Both the position numbers and the translations under genes were made by a program. Positions 10,660 through 24,228 of a DNA stretch of 64,000 bases are shown in pieces. Source of the stretch: Takakia lepidozioides (taxonomy: Eukaryota; Plantae; Bryophyta); contig CM060734.1 in assembly GCA_030704615.1 (NCBI GenBank), forward strand, positions 56,668,001 through 56,732,000, read 5' to 3'. The notes under the pieces were generated by a model that worked only from the letters and a program-made list of their open reading frames with translations, was not told the origin of the DNA and ran no database searches. Each line of letters starts with the position of its first letter. The first letter of the stretch is position 1.

Positions 10660-12060
10660 CTGCAGCAGCACAGCTGATAAAATCAGGCACCTCAACCATG
10701 ACCATAGCTTCTGAAAGAGGATCAAGAGAGGGAGTCCACAATGCCTCTTCTGTTGGGCATGTGAAGATGCTTTGTGAGGTAGGCAGACTGACAGAGGCTC
10801 TACAACTTTAAACCAACAAGGCATTTCAGCGGATTCAGATACGTCTGTCTATCTCTTGCTTAAGTGCATCAAGATGAAAGGTCTGGAAGCTGGAAATAGG
10901 TGCACACTCACATTATCCAAAGTGGATTAACGCCAAATGTTTTTCTACTCAACACCCTTGCCAACATGTATGTTAAGTGTGGGAGCATCATGGATGCTCA
11001 CCAGGTTTTCCACAGAGTGCCTCAACGATCTTGATCACGTGGAATATAATGTTGGCAGGATTTACTAAAGATGGGTGTAGTAGGAGTGCTTTGGAAACCT
11101 ATGAGCAACTGTTGCGCGAAGGGTGAAAACCCAACCACATCACATTTGTTTGTGTTTGCCATGCGTGTGCAAGGCTGGGAGCTCTGGAAAAAGGGAAAGA
11201 GGTCCATGGTGACATCGTCAAAGCTGGATTTGTACGAGATGTCATTCTGAACACTGCCCTTATGGACATGTATGCCAAAATGTGTGTGCATTAAGGATGC
11301 AAAGGGAGTTTTCAACACTATGACTGAACGAGATGTGGTATCATGGAACATAGGGGGAATGTGATGTTTGCAGGGTATGCACAGCAGAGACATGGTATGG
11401 AGGCTTTGGAGACCTATGATCAAATATTGATGGGGGAAGGGGTGAAGCCCAACCACATCACGTTGCAGCATACTGGTACTTCACAGCCATGGCGGCTCCC
11501 TCAGCCCCTCCATTTTTTTTTTTCTTTTGGTTGTTTTGGCGCTGGGAGAGAGCAGCAGCTCTGCTGTCTCCTTCCCCTTGCTTATGCCGATCGTTAAAGG
11601 GGAAATTGTCATTCTGAACTCTGCCTTGGTGGACATGTATGCCAAATGTGGGTGCAGCAAAGCCTGATGTGAAGGGAGAGTTTGACAATATGGCTGAACG
11701 AGATGTGGTATTTTGGAGTGCCATGATTGCAAGGTACGTGCAGCATGGGTATGGGATTAAGGCTTTGGAAACATAAGAGCAAATGTTGTGGGAAGGGATG
11801 AAGCCAGACCAGGCCGTCATGTTCATTTGTTTTTGTAATAGGCATATGCGAGCCTAGCAGCCCTGGGAAGGGGCAAAGAGGTTTATGGTGACATTATCCA
11901 AGCTGGAATTGTACCAGATGTCATTCTGAACATTCCCCTGGTGTACATCTACGTCAAATGTGAGCCTGGTAGCCCTCAAAAGGGCAAAAGGTCCATGCTG
12001 ACATCGTCAAAGCTGGAGTTGTCACTCTAAACACTACCTTGGTGGATATGTATGTCAAGG
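10660..12060 (+). pseudogene. PLS-class PPR protein pseudogene, copy 2 (tandem paralog of 9190-9790)
   Basis: Nucleotide-similar to copy 1 over about 600 bp, then further decayed PPR motifs (ALVDMYAKCG, ERDVVSW) with many stops and frameshifts. Confidence 0.9.
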
Positions 12061-12749
12061 CAACCCTGGAAGTGGATGTCACTTTTGGTGACAAGGTAGC
12101 TGGCACCACCATTCTCTGGAACTACCTGAATTCATTCTCAAAATGATTTCTAATGTTCTCTTGACATGTCCACGATAGTGCTGGACCTAGTTGCACAACA
12201 TATTATCCTTACTCAATGACTTCAGTTGGGCAGTAATCTATGGATATGGCAACATGGCCCTCATGTTGGTCATTTGTAGAATGTGGCTAAAACTTGTTTT
12301 GCAAAACACTCTTGATATAAACCAGTTTTGAGCCATCCAAATGTTTTTGGTTCCGACCTGTATTTGTATTTTTTTTTGTTGTTGTATTTGTAATATATTT
12401 TCAATGCAGTGCAGTGAATCAAAAAATTTAAATACAATATCCACTAATTCAATACGTACAGATATAAACTAAAAGTAAATGAAAAAAACGCAATAACAGT
12501 AATAAAAAAAAACCAAATATTAAATAAAAAACCTTCCAATTCATATATTATATATATATATTGTATCTATTTTAATATTTTTTTATGTATATATGTACAT
12601 ACACCCCAGAGTGCAACATATTTACTAAAATGTGTCCTCTTTTACTGCTTCACAGTAGAATATTACACTATACAAAGTCAAGCAAACTCTCTATCACTGA
12701 TTCACAGTCAAACCGTATACTAAACATCATGGAACATAGTCAATATGTT

Positions 12750-13057
12750 CCACTTCAGTTAAACCACTTTACTACACGTCATGCATCCACGTCATGCATC
12801 CACCTTATAATTCAGTTAAACCACTTTACTACACGTCATAGCCACGTCATAGCCACGTCGCATCCACGTCATACTGTGCTGCCTACACGTCACCCCCTAG
12901 GTTTTACTGTCACATTTCACTGTCAGAACCTAGCATCTGGATTCAACTGCTTGACTGAAACGACTTGACCTTTGTCACGCATGTTCGACTATGGAGGCTG
13001 GGAGTAAAAATGTTGCAAACGACTAAAAAATGAGTCAAATACAGAGTCGAAAAGCCC
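12750..13057. mobile_element. probable end of a Mutator-like DNA transposon with CCACGTCA subterminal repeats
   Basis: Cluster of (c)cacgtcat repeats and a duplicated cagttaaaccactttactacacgtcat, ending in ...gtcgaaaagccc. No partner TIR found in the window. Confidence 0.4.
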
Positions 13058-16000
13058 AGCTTGTATTGTAGTGTTTTTTCCCCTCTACTATTTTTGTTTT
13101 CTTTTGATATCAAATTGTTTGAAAGGAAATCGCATTGATCTTCCAAAAGTTCATTAAACCAAGGACTTTTGTAAGTAATGTTGGAATGAAATGAACACAA
13201 AAACGACAAAAATATGAGGATGACTCAAGCAATATCATTAATCAAACACAATGCTCTTGCTATAAAGAACATTGAAGCAAGGAATACCTCGAGTTCTAAA
13301 ATGAGTTGAATGAATACCGACATGTTAATTTACATATATCTTTTCTAGGTTAGTTGGAACATCTAGCTATAACTGATCAGTATTTGCGTTAAAATATTGG
13401 TATTAAGACGATAAAGAAAAAATGTTTCACATAGAGTCTTTCCAACATAACTATGGATATCCGGTTTGTTGTTGGAAAAATGCGTGCGCAAGAAATAATG
13501 ACACAATAGTCATTTTTTGTCAACCAAGTTTCCAATGAGATTGTTGAAGTTGCACTCATTAAAGTTTTTGAAGTTTTTTTTTGTTTATAACTCAACAACA
13601 TCAAGTGGGAAGAATTTTCGAATTCATATGCATCATAGCGGTATTCCTCCCAACTTAAGGGAACGTTCATGAACACTAGACTCCTATATTTAAATCTTCG
13701 ATATTGTTATGAAAAGTATCTCAATGATACAATGACAAAAAGTAATTTAATGTTTGAGTTGCTGTAAATATTTAGCAAGCAGTCAAAACATGCCTAAAGC
13801 ACTCAATTGGGGCTTTCTTTTATGCTCGGAGGACATTTAATCTCTTAGGACAATTTTCAATCTCATGTTATTTTTATTGTAGAAGGGAGAACAATTGACT
13901 TATTAGGACAAAATATAGTGTCACCTAAACTTATGACTTACTTTGATGATTAGTGCACACCGAATTGATGCGAACTATCTAATTGATTAATGAATATGAA
14001 CATATTTGAATCTATCTTTTGTTGTAATTTGTTGGATTGAAAATGTCTAAATAAAAGTTAATAAATCATTTGAATTATTTAGCAATTCAAATGTATTGAA
14101 TAACACTGTTAAATAAAGCAATCTATAAATAAAGCTATTATAACAATACTCCAGAAGTGAAGATAAGATGCACACCACTATAATGCCAGTGCCACACGAA
14201 ATTAACATGTATTACGTAGTGACAACTATAATATCAATCTAGCACAAATACCATGAACACATTGGAAACAAATTTTCAACGATGTTGACGTATGAATATG
14301 CAAATCTAAACTGCACAAATGTGCCAACATAAAATCGTGCGTGAAAGACACAATTACAATATACACGTAAATTGCATTATTTGACATTTGTTAAAATCAT
14401 GATGATATCATGATTGTGTTGTTATAATGCATAACACTATGACACTAATATAGTTTGGATGTGCCACGGATCCATGAAAATCCGTGCTCTTTTTGTTGGG
14501 TATCCGTGGCATGACAACTTAGAGATGAGATGACAGGCCAAGACAAGTGGGACTGGGGAGACCGGGTTCTAAACCCTATGCTTTCAGCAGTGTTGATTGG
14601 GAACTCTATTGTAGCTCTTGCATTTGAAAAAACCGTCATGATTGTCAATGCTCTGCAAGTGGTAATTCCCTTGGTGGATTTTACGCATTCAATTTGTACC
14701 GAGTACACCTAAAAGAACTTCATGTGAACCTCATGTATTCATGTGTACCATGAGGTCATGGCAACACAAGCGGCAATGAAATGTATACAGCATAAACACC
14801 TATTAAAACTAAAGGTTAATGATTGGTTCTACATAGACAATGCTGATAGGTTTTGATATTTGACATTTATATCTATTGGAGAATTTATATGAGTTCCAAA
14901 ATTGATGTCACCTTGTAACATTAAAGTCACGTTGTTTTGAAACTATACATCTATTGAACTAAGAATAATTATTTATTATTATCTATGACAACAACATGAG
15001 AATCTAATTAAGAAAGATATTATATGGTGAGTACCAACAACATATATATACAATACTATTGTTGCAATCATTATCTACATAATCAAACATACCACAATAT
15101 GGTTATGATTATTTGATTGTCAACTAACTCCCAATAATCCAAATGAAGATAAATCAAAGATCCTTATTTTGATGTTGTTTACTTGCCTATGAGAAAATTC
15201 TTCAAATGTGTTGGATATTTTCCTATTAAGTTATTGCTCATGTCATCACACAGATGTAAGAGAATAAAATATATCGAGCTAAGCTTGTTCACAGATGGAA
15301 GGGAGGACCCCGTCACGCCACATGATAAACCAGGTCTCCTAAAGGTCGGTCAAGAGAGCCACTACACTAGTAGTTTGATACTTCTCGCTTGCTAACAAAA
15401 AAGTGAGAATCGCATGGCAACCAGATGCATAGTTTGTACCCTTTGCAGAATCAAGATTCGTCTTCACCTCAATAATACACCTCAAACCATCACCTGATCA
15501 TGGTAACCAAAGACCTACAAAGCTTTTAGATGAAATTGCGACATCAACTGTCCCCACGAACTCCAGACCAAATGTAGAGAAAAATCGAGAATGTGTTTGT
15601 TAGCAGCCACATCTGCAAACGCATTGTGGCTAGACTCAACGTCGACAAACTTAGACGAGTGTTCCATGTGGCGTGAGAACAAGTGAAGAATTGATGATCG
15701 ATACTTGGTGTGGAGTCGAGTTAATCTTGACCAACCGGTTTATTGATCTTCTAAAGTTGGAGCATCTACCAGGCCGTGACATTACACTAATAGGGGTCGG
15801 CAACATTGAAGTTCGAATGGATCTCAAGTCAAAGAGGTAAAGGTGACTACCCATCTTGTGAAGAAAGGGACAGATGAGGTCGTCCACACGATCTATAAAT
15901 ACCTATCACCACATCAATCAACTTAGGATGGCGTGTTTTGTGTTGAGAGTATCGTCAGGACCCCTTAGTCCCAAACTCAACGTGGGGGTTTTAAAAGTAT

Positions 16001-16237
16001 AGTCAATTATGTTGTGCTTTGTGGGTTCTTTCATATGATTACGCTAGTATTGAATGAGAATAATCACTCATTGACAAGACAATTCATCTTGGACGTATAT
16101 TGAGTTTGTAAATATACTTCAATGTCCTTGGTGCTAATCCTTGATCCCATGAAGAAATATATTCATGGCCTTTTGCCTGCATCCCCACTCATACCGCCTC
16201 TCCTTTTGGAATATCGTAGGTGCATATGTAAGAGAAG

Positions 16238-17691
16238 CTAGCGCGTGAGCAGGCTCATGCTTTGCACATTAAGCGTGAGTAGATTCCCTTAAGCGCGAGC
16301 AGATTCTAAGCGTGAGCACACCAGGGAAGCGGAGTCTATAACTGACGAAAAAGCAGGGCCTATTGCCGTTGACGTAAGCCTCGGCGAAATGGATGGCAAC
16401 ATACATTGCCTGGGACCAAAGACGCCGAGCTCCATGCATGCAATTTGTGATGGGAAATTTCTAGAATGAATGAAGCAGATATGGATGAAAAATGGGAAAT
16501 GATGAATGGTGGATGAATGTTGGATGAATGAACCATGGATGACTTAAATAAGATCGATTGGGAAAGAAGACTGATGTCATTCAAGAAAGTGTTGCCATTA
16601 ATCAGCACGAGGCCATCAACAAGTTTATCTTTGTCTTGTGGGTTGGATACACTTCACATCGGTGTTGACAACGGTGGGACATAAGATGTCCGGAATAAGA
16701 TTGATTGGAAAACACTAATTGAAATCATTGAAGAAAATGTTGCCATTAACCAACATGAAGCCATCCATAAGTATATAAGTGTATGCACATAAGGTCTATG
16801 TTAACGAGGATGAGACATAAGATGCTTGATAATATTGATTACAATACAAGTTTTAGCTCATGGAGGAAGGTACACTGATAAGAAACTGCAATGATAATCC
16901 CGGGAACACCTCAAATTCGACCTAAACTATCTTGCTGCAGACTACGTAGTTTGTCGTACAGACCCCCTATGAAACTTAATTCCAACCCCTGTTAATGAAA
17001 ACTAAGCCCCAGCTATCAATCTTCCCTGTTCGTGCAAGGATACAAGCATGAAATTGAACTTGCGTTGACACAAGCTTAATCCTAGCCCCTATTGGCACAT
17101 GAAAATTCAGAAAAAAAAAAAAAAAAAAAAAACTGAGCCCTAGCGACCTGCCCTGTTCGTGTAGGAAAACATGATGGGAATTAAGCTGGCGTGGACGCCA
17201 CCTTAATCCCAGCCTGTTTGGCACACGGGAAAAAAAATAAAAATAAAAATCCGGCAGTTATACGGAGTTTGCCGAGGAGCAATCCTCACCACGCCAGTCT
17301 GCAGACCAAACCCGTTTCCCATCGTAAACACAAAGCAGACTCGCACCATCTCTCCTCCAGTGCAACTCCTTCTCGTGTCAAGCCTTAGACCTTCATGTCG
17401 CCCTAACCAGAGTAGAATCACATTTTTTTCATTCATCCATTCTTACTTCATCCACCATTTTTTGATTACACATTCATCCAGCATTCATCCACCTAGAAAT
17501 CTATTTGCATACCCTAAGTCACACTCTGGGAATACTAGGCCCCCCATTCTGGGTAATCAACCTCGTGGTAATAGGACCTTTCAGAGTTGGCTCGGTTATA
17601 GGCCTTGTGAGCTAAATCGATTTCGCGGACCGTGAGCAGATTTGTGATCACAATTATTTCTGCTCACAAGAGCTGCTCACAATCTAGCGCG
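16238..17691. mobile_element. non-autonomous DNA transposon / foldback-like element
   Basis: Inverted gtgagcag / ctgctcac repeats at the ends; a 22/23 inverted match between 16508-16530 and 17471-17493; an identical 8-mer ctagcgcg at both boundaries. Confidence 0.5.
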
Positions 17692-18641
17692 CCCCGTGCA
17701 TATGCTTGAGCACTTAGATGGGTGTATATGGTAACGATTACAAAGGCATGAATTGAGCCCCACAACAACATGGACTTTAACTTTTCATGTACGCTAGTTG
17801 CATATGGTTGAAACTATTAGGTTGTTCATACTAGATGTACTTGAAGATTTGATTTTGGGACTTTGTTTCCACATTACTAGACAACTTGAGTAGTCAAGTT
17901 CTTGATTAGGTGTTGAGGTAATGATGATTGAAGTCCTTCAAACGAACGCTTAATTGAATGAACACGTGTTATAGATAGATAGAGCTCAACGAAATGTTGC
18001 TCGGCACCATGTCACCTCATTGTGTGTGCAATACTACCCATGGGCATTAAGGCAACAGTCTCATCAAGTACATTACCTTGTTTTTAAAAACCCTCATAAT
18101 GATTCCATGATATAAGATGGTGATCATAACTAACAAGCACATGAACATCATCTATTAAAGTGCTTTTCTTTTAAAGTATCATGTGTCACACAAATTTCTA
18201 TACATAATTTTTGCACATAAATTTACACACTCGTTATGAGAAATGACAATAGAACAATCATTACCTCTCAATTATCCCATACAAAGCAACCCATCTGAAA
18301 AAAAAAAGTTCATCTAGTCTTGCAATTAGGAAGGTGGTACTAATCAATCCACCAATGAATTGAAGAGAAATTACGGAAAACCATATATATATATATACAC
18401 ACACATATATAAATATATAAACATAAAATATAAATATAAATATATATAAAGAAAGGGGACAGAGGCCCTTGAACTTATATTAAATAAAATGTGATCTGGT
18501 GAAACCATAATTTTGTGGGACTTTTGAGTGAGAGCTCAAATTTTCTATTTCTAAGGTGGAATCCTCTCCACTTTGGAGGTGTAAGAGTGATGCCGCAAGA
18601 TACCAAAAATAAAACTAGAAGGAAAACACAGAATCTCCCTC

Positions 18642-19352
18642 TTTTTAATTTTTTTTTTTATAAAGGGAAACCTGGGAGCGACAGCCCACAATTCAGGCCC
18701 TTGAGGAGGGGGAAAAAATTAACCCCCTTTCATTTATGGGCCATGAGACCTATAGGACGATCAATGCCCATACATACCATCACGATCCAATCCCACACAC
18801 GGGGCAGGGCAGCGGGTTTGAACGTTTGAACCCCGAGCCACCTGGGCGACATACTGTGCACTTATCAGCTAAGGGCCGTACCACACTAGCGGCACACCAA
18901 CGGCACCAACGTGGGCGTTGCAGGCTAAGGATTGTTGGAGGTTATAGGTCCATGTCCCCAGGCGGCAATGAATGGGCTACCACACTATAGCAGAAGCCGA
19001 GCGGCAAAAAAAATCCCAACTATCTTATCTTTTCATTCTAAAAATAATCAGGTAGGAGAGACCATCGTACGATGGGGTCGGAGAGACGAGAGACCAGCTT
19101 CGCGATGGCGGGAGAATCGCGCCACGGCAAAATGTCTTCCTAAAATTGTGGATTTCCAGGGGACACAGCTTGGAAATCCGTATTTCGCGGGAATGTGACA
19201 TGTTGGCGCCAGGTCGGAGCCATGTCAACGACTCTCCGCCGGCAGCAGCGCAGTAGGGAGTGCGGCACACTGCCCTCCCTTAAACCAATAGGAGGGTCCG
19301 AAATTGAGTGCCGCTGCCCTCTTGCCGCTAGTGTGGTACGGCCCTGAGCTAC
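18642..19352 (-). mobile_element. tRNA-derived SINE interrupted by a MITE
   Basis: Minus-strand head gtagctca|gctgataagtgcacag with a B-box-like ggttcaaac; conserved family 3' end ctcccaggtttcccttt followed by an A-rich tail. Confidence 0.75.
18873..19344. mobile_element. PIF/Harbinger (Tourist-like) MITE, 472 bp
   Basis: Perfect 22-bp TIR gggccgtaccacactagcggca (18873-18894 / 19323-19344); 3-bp flanks taa / tga. Confidence 0.85.
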
Positions 19353-19353
19353 T

Positions 19354-19564
19354 ATTTATTTTTATTTCCGTGAAAAGGGAAACCTGGGAGTGACAGCTCA
19401 CAAATCGGAGAAAATAACCTCTTTCACAGCAACCATGCCATGGAGGCCGAGAAATGGGACTCCGCCCAGGGAAGGGGGGAAGAGTATACCACGCCCATCA
19501 AGTAGCAGGATTTGACCCCAGAATCATCTGGGTGGCACTCTGTGCACTAACCAACTGAGCTACT
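19354..19564 (-). mobile_element. tRNA-derived SINE
   Basis: A box tagctcagttgg, B-box-like gggtcaaatcc, family 3' end and A-rich tail. Confidence 0.8.
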
Positions 19565-19719
19565 GACTGTTGGTCCCCTTTTTCATTAGAAAGAAAAAAA
19601 AGAAAAAAAAGAAAAGTAATTCGGACATCTATTGGATTAAATGGATTCTTCATTCCGCATACCCTAGTTGTTTGGAGCTGTCGAGCACGCTCTGGAAAAC
19701 CTCTATGCAGGGTCAGCGA

Positions 19720-20150
19720 ATCAAGGTACCTGTCTTGCTTTCGTGACCCTTCATAGCTTGCGCCAGTTCCGAATCCTTTTCTTGCACACCTTGGATCCAT
19801 GGCCCTGCATAGACATTGCCATTTGCTCACATGGACCAGTTCGAAAGCCCCGTCTCCCCGCGCCCATTCTTCTACAATGACCCTTCATAGACATCACTCA
19901 AATCACTTGGCACTTTACCATCATGATCAATACTCCCTTACACAGCCGTCTTCCACATCACTCCAGGAATTACCTCCGACGTAGACATGACCGCCACACC
20001 TATCTTCCGAACCTTCCCGCACCCATTGTCCCATTGTACCTTCATAAACACCATCATTCCCCGGCACACATTACCATCCCAGATCATGAATGTCGCAATG
20101 ACATTCGCTTTTTGCAATGCGTTACATCATTTTTCCGCTCCTGCGTATGC
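19720..20150 (-). pseudogene. degenerate MORN-repeat coding relic
   Basis: Fragments DGVYEGT, DVYEGS..KNGRG, NGNVYAGPWIQGVQE and ASYEGSRKQD in shifting frames with stops. Confidence 0.5.
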
Positions 20151-20696
20151 TATCACGATAGCTGTGCATCTGCAAGCTCGCACCCTTGGGATCCCAGCGA
20201 CAAATTCCCTGAGCCTTGTGTCTGCGATCCGCATCCATCGTGGACAGACCTGCAAGGCCTTCCGATCACGAAGAGGTGCTAACTTATAATTTGCAGCAAA
20301 GAGGAAGCAAGTGAGAATCTGAGAGAGTGTGTCTGGACTAGATTGTGGTCTGCAGCTCGTGGGAAGAAGAAGAGGGTGGTAGTCCTTCAGACCTATTGTA
20401 ATAGACTCCATCACATCCAGCCGCTTGTTTTTTCGATCTCAACGTTTTGACGGCCCTGATAATACATCATCCAGTCTACTGATTGGCTAGTTACGAGTTC
20501 CGTGTGAAGTAGTAAGTTACTAGTGACTGGTTAGTTACGAGTAGTCACTAGTAAGTTACTAGTTACAAGCGTGCGGGCCAAGGTCGTCTCGCAGCCTTGC
20601 GATCCCTCGTGTGTTGTGTTGGGTTTGTATTTGCTCGCTGCGCGCTGTGCAGATCCGAAGAAGAGTTGAGATTGAGAGGAGAAAGTGGTGGAGATC

Positions 20697-22659
20697 ATGC
20701 CCACAGTGAGTGTGAAATGGCAGAAGCAGGTATTTCCTGCGGTGGAGATCGATACGGAGCAACCGCCGTTTGTTTTCAAGTGCCAGCTCTACGACCTAAC
20801 CGGCGTGCCCCCCGAGCGACAGAAGATTATGGTGAAGGGGGGGCTGCTGAAGGATGATGGAGACTGGGGCGTTATAGGGGTGAAGGATGGGCAGAGGTTG
20901 ATGCTTATGGGCACAGCCGATGAAGTTCCCAAGGCCCCAGAGAAAGGTCCCGTGTTTGTTGAGGATTTGCCGGAGGATGAACAAGGTACCGCCGCCCTAG
21001 GTCACACAGCGGGGTTGGTGAATCTGGGAAACACTTGCTACATGAACTCTACGGTTCAGTGTTTGCATTCTGTGCCAGAGCTTAGATCTGCCTTGGGGGG
21101 GTATTCTGTGGGAACTGCAACCGGGGTTGACCCTATGTCTCATACCCTAACTGTGGCGACGCGTGACCTGTTTAACGAGCTTGACCGCAGCCACCGACCT
21201 GTGGCTCCCATCCGGTTCCTGACGATGTTGCGAGACAAGTAAGTCTTATCTCTCACACACTTGGTACCCTCTCTCTCGTCCCTAAGGGAAAAAAGGTAGA
21301 AAGCTACCTACCCCAACTTATTTCGCATATCGCTTTTAGGGTTGGACATACCATGAAGATCTATTGCAAATAAATTTGTAGCTACGTCCTTGGTAAACTG
21401 TGGAATCCTATTTGGTAGGCCTAATTGGTATAAGTTATCTCACAGCCTTTAGGAGTTTTTATTTTTCCTCGCTTCTCAGCTTGTTTAAGTATGGATGTGA
21501 CACAAGAGAAGGTAGATCCGCTGCAGGTAGGCGAGGCCAATAGCTGCTACGTTTTAATAGAAACATCAAATGTTATGATTTGGAATTCACCTTTGGCAGC
21601 TTCTCTATCTGCGTATGTGCTTTTAGTAGAACATTGTGTAGGGTGATCTCAACAGTCCTTGTTCGTTCTTCACATTGGCATATGAAGTAGTCTAAGCAAG
21701 GGTATGAGGACAGGTACCCGCAATTTGCACAGCAGACAAATGCAGGTGTTTATATGCAGCAGGATGCGGAGGAGTGTTGGACGCAACTGGTGTATGTGCT
21801 TTCACAGCGTCTGCAGGCTTCGCCACCTGAGTTATCAGCCTCAGTTGTTAAACAGTTGTTTGGAATTGAGCTGAAGAGTGAAGTGAAATGTGCAGAAAGT
21901 GGCGAGGAAAGCTCAGAGTCAGAGACAGTCTTTACATTTAAGTGTCACATTTCGCAAGAAGTGAACCATTTGCACGAGGGTTTGAAGCAGGGCTTAAAAT
22001 CTGAGCTGGAGAAGACATCCCCAGTGCTTGGCCGAAGTGCTGTCTATTTGAAAGAGTCTCGCATCAACAAACTCCCCCCATATTTAACAGTGCAGTTTGT
22101 AAGATTCTTTTGGAAGAGGGAGTCAAAACAGAAGGCAAAGATTCTACGGAGGGTGGACTACCCTATGGTATTGGATGTGCTAGATTTTTGCACTGATGAG
22201 CTCAAGGAGAAGTTGAAAGACCCTCGCAAGGTTTTGCGTGATTTTGAAGATGCCCAGGCAGGCGTCAAGAAGAAAGAGAAAGAAGGTGCAGAGGGTGTGA
22301 AAGCTCTCCAGAATTCAGCCGTGGCAAGTAGGGATGAGAATGTCGAGATGGTGGATACTGCGCAGATTGACGGGGGAGTGGCTCCTTCTTCCTCACATAA
22401 AGGTGAGGGTGAAGAAGAAGCAGAATTGGAAGTCACTGGGCTTTATGATTTGGTTGCAGTTCTCACACACAAGGGCCGCAGTGCCGATTCAGGCCATTAT
22501 GTTGCTTGGGTCAAACAAGAGAATGGGAAATGGATAGAATTTGATGATGATCAACCTATCCTCCAAAGAGAGGATAATATCACCAAGCTTTCAGGGGGTG
22601 GTGACTGGCACATGGCATACATTTGTTTGTATAAAGCTCGTCTTGCCCCCCCTTCTTAA
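20697..22659 (+). CDS. UBP6: ubiquitin-specific protease UBP6/UBP7 (USP14 family); exons 20697-21238 and 21714-22659, 495 aa
   Basis: N-terminal UBL MPTVSVKWQK; Cys box GLVNLGNTCYMNS; QQDAEECW; His box THKGRSADSGHYVAW; GGGDWHMAY. The GT-AG intron gives an in-frame RDK-YPQFAQQ junction. Confidence 0.95.
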
Positions 22660-24228
22660 GATTAGGAAGCTTGTAAAAATGAGAGTCGAACTATTTCTTC
22701 TGAATCAGATGCGGTTTTGGTGGTTCAATAGCATTGTTGGTGTAAACCTTTACACTGCATGGTTTATCCATGAAGTAAGAGTAGCTTGCAGGGTCCTGTA
22801 GCTACTGGTGAGGCAGGGCAAGCTGGTACCAGGCCATGTGAATCATTCTCCTGGCCAGCTGCTATTATAATACTCTCCAGCCTTTTTGCTGGTCACAGAT
22901 TCCTTGTACATGGAAAATTGAGTAGTCTGATTTACCTGTTGGAAGACGGTTGCAAGTAGACAACATTTACTCTGATTCTTGTACTGGTTGTCAAGAAATC
23001 AAGTTGGAATGAACTTGGGAGTTTGGCTGGAAGCTGTCTTTCATTTTTATGATACCTGATATTGCCTTGTCCCACTTGTCTATGTGGTACATTTGATTAA
23101 AATGATTGCATCAAACACTGAAGAGAGTAGTTCAGCTTCAAGAACCTTTAAAACTCACAAGAACCAGAGATGCAATCATGCTACAAGTGGTACATCAATG
23201 AAAGCTCATTTCATGCTTGAAATCTGCAGTGGCGAAGGTTGTGCAAACTAAACTTTTGGTGAGGGAAGTGCTGCCTTGTCTGGAAGAAGAATTGCCACGA
23301 TGAGTAACATTAGTTCACTCTGAAAGAAGTGGTTTATCAAGCAAGACTGGTGGAAAGCATCACTTTTGGGCCAGGCAGGACATAGCATGTGTGTTTTGAA
23401 GCAACGGTCATATGGGAGGAAGCATGTGAAGAAAAGAATGCGAGTGTGAAAGAGTCCCAATGCTGTTTATGCAGGTGGAGTGTGAGTGCCATGCCTGCCA
23501 TACTTCTGACAGTTTCCATTCAAATACAAATCAAGAGTCAAGCTTTTGCATATTACTGGAAGCCTGTGCAAATGGCTATGCTCGTTCTACCAGTAACACT
23601 AGGCCTTGAGTTTCTTCTCTACCTTGTAAGACAGGCACTCTTATTCAACATACTCCCCTTAGCAAGCTGAGATTCCTGATTGGTGGGGCCGAGCCCCTCC
23701 ATCAACTCTATGGATCACACAAGCTGTTTTGATAGATTATACAAGAGGTGGGTGCATATGGATATTGCCAAAAAAAAAAATGACACACTTAACCCATGTG
23801 CGGCGCACACATTCTACAAGTTGAGACTCAGACACCATGCTTGAAGTATAGTAAATAAACCAGGGAGCAGGAAGAGAGGAACCCAATGATTGACGTTACA
23901 AATTACTAAGAAAATGATAGAGTAAGACTTTCTGTCTTCTGGAAGTACTTCCAAATTGTTGAATACCAATTCTCTCCTGCAAAAATCTGGACTAAAAGCC
24001 GCAATGGCACGCTGGAAACAAAATAATTGCACCTTGCACCCTCCAAAGCAAGCATGAAGTCATCAGTACAATCAAGGAGATCAATCAACACAGATTTTCA
24101 TGAACCGCCGTGCTGTGGATCAGAAAACGTGCATGTATGGCATAAATATCTACGCGTGGGAAAATTTGAGGCAGCTACCTTGCCTTGGCAACCTTCAAGA
24201 GTCCATTCACCATTGGCAGTCCTCAGCT

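Noticed and set aside
14462-14511. miRNA-like hairpin tgccacggat...atccgtggca
   Set aside because: The stem is only 10 bp, too short for a plant pre-miRNA.
19500-19564. tRNA gene on the minus strand (also about 63240-63277 and about 39490-39550)
   Set aside because: A/B boxes are present but I could not build a cloverleaf. The first two continue into a repeated body with a tail, so they are SINE heads.
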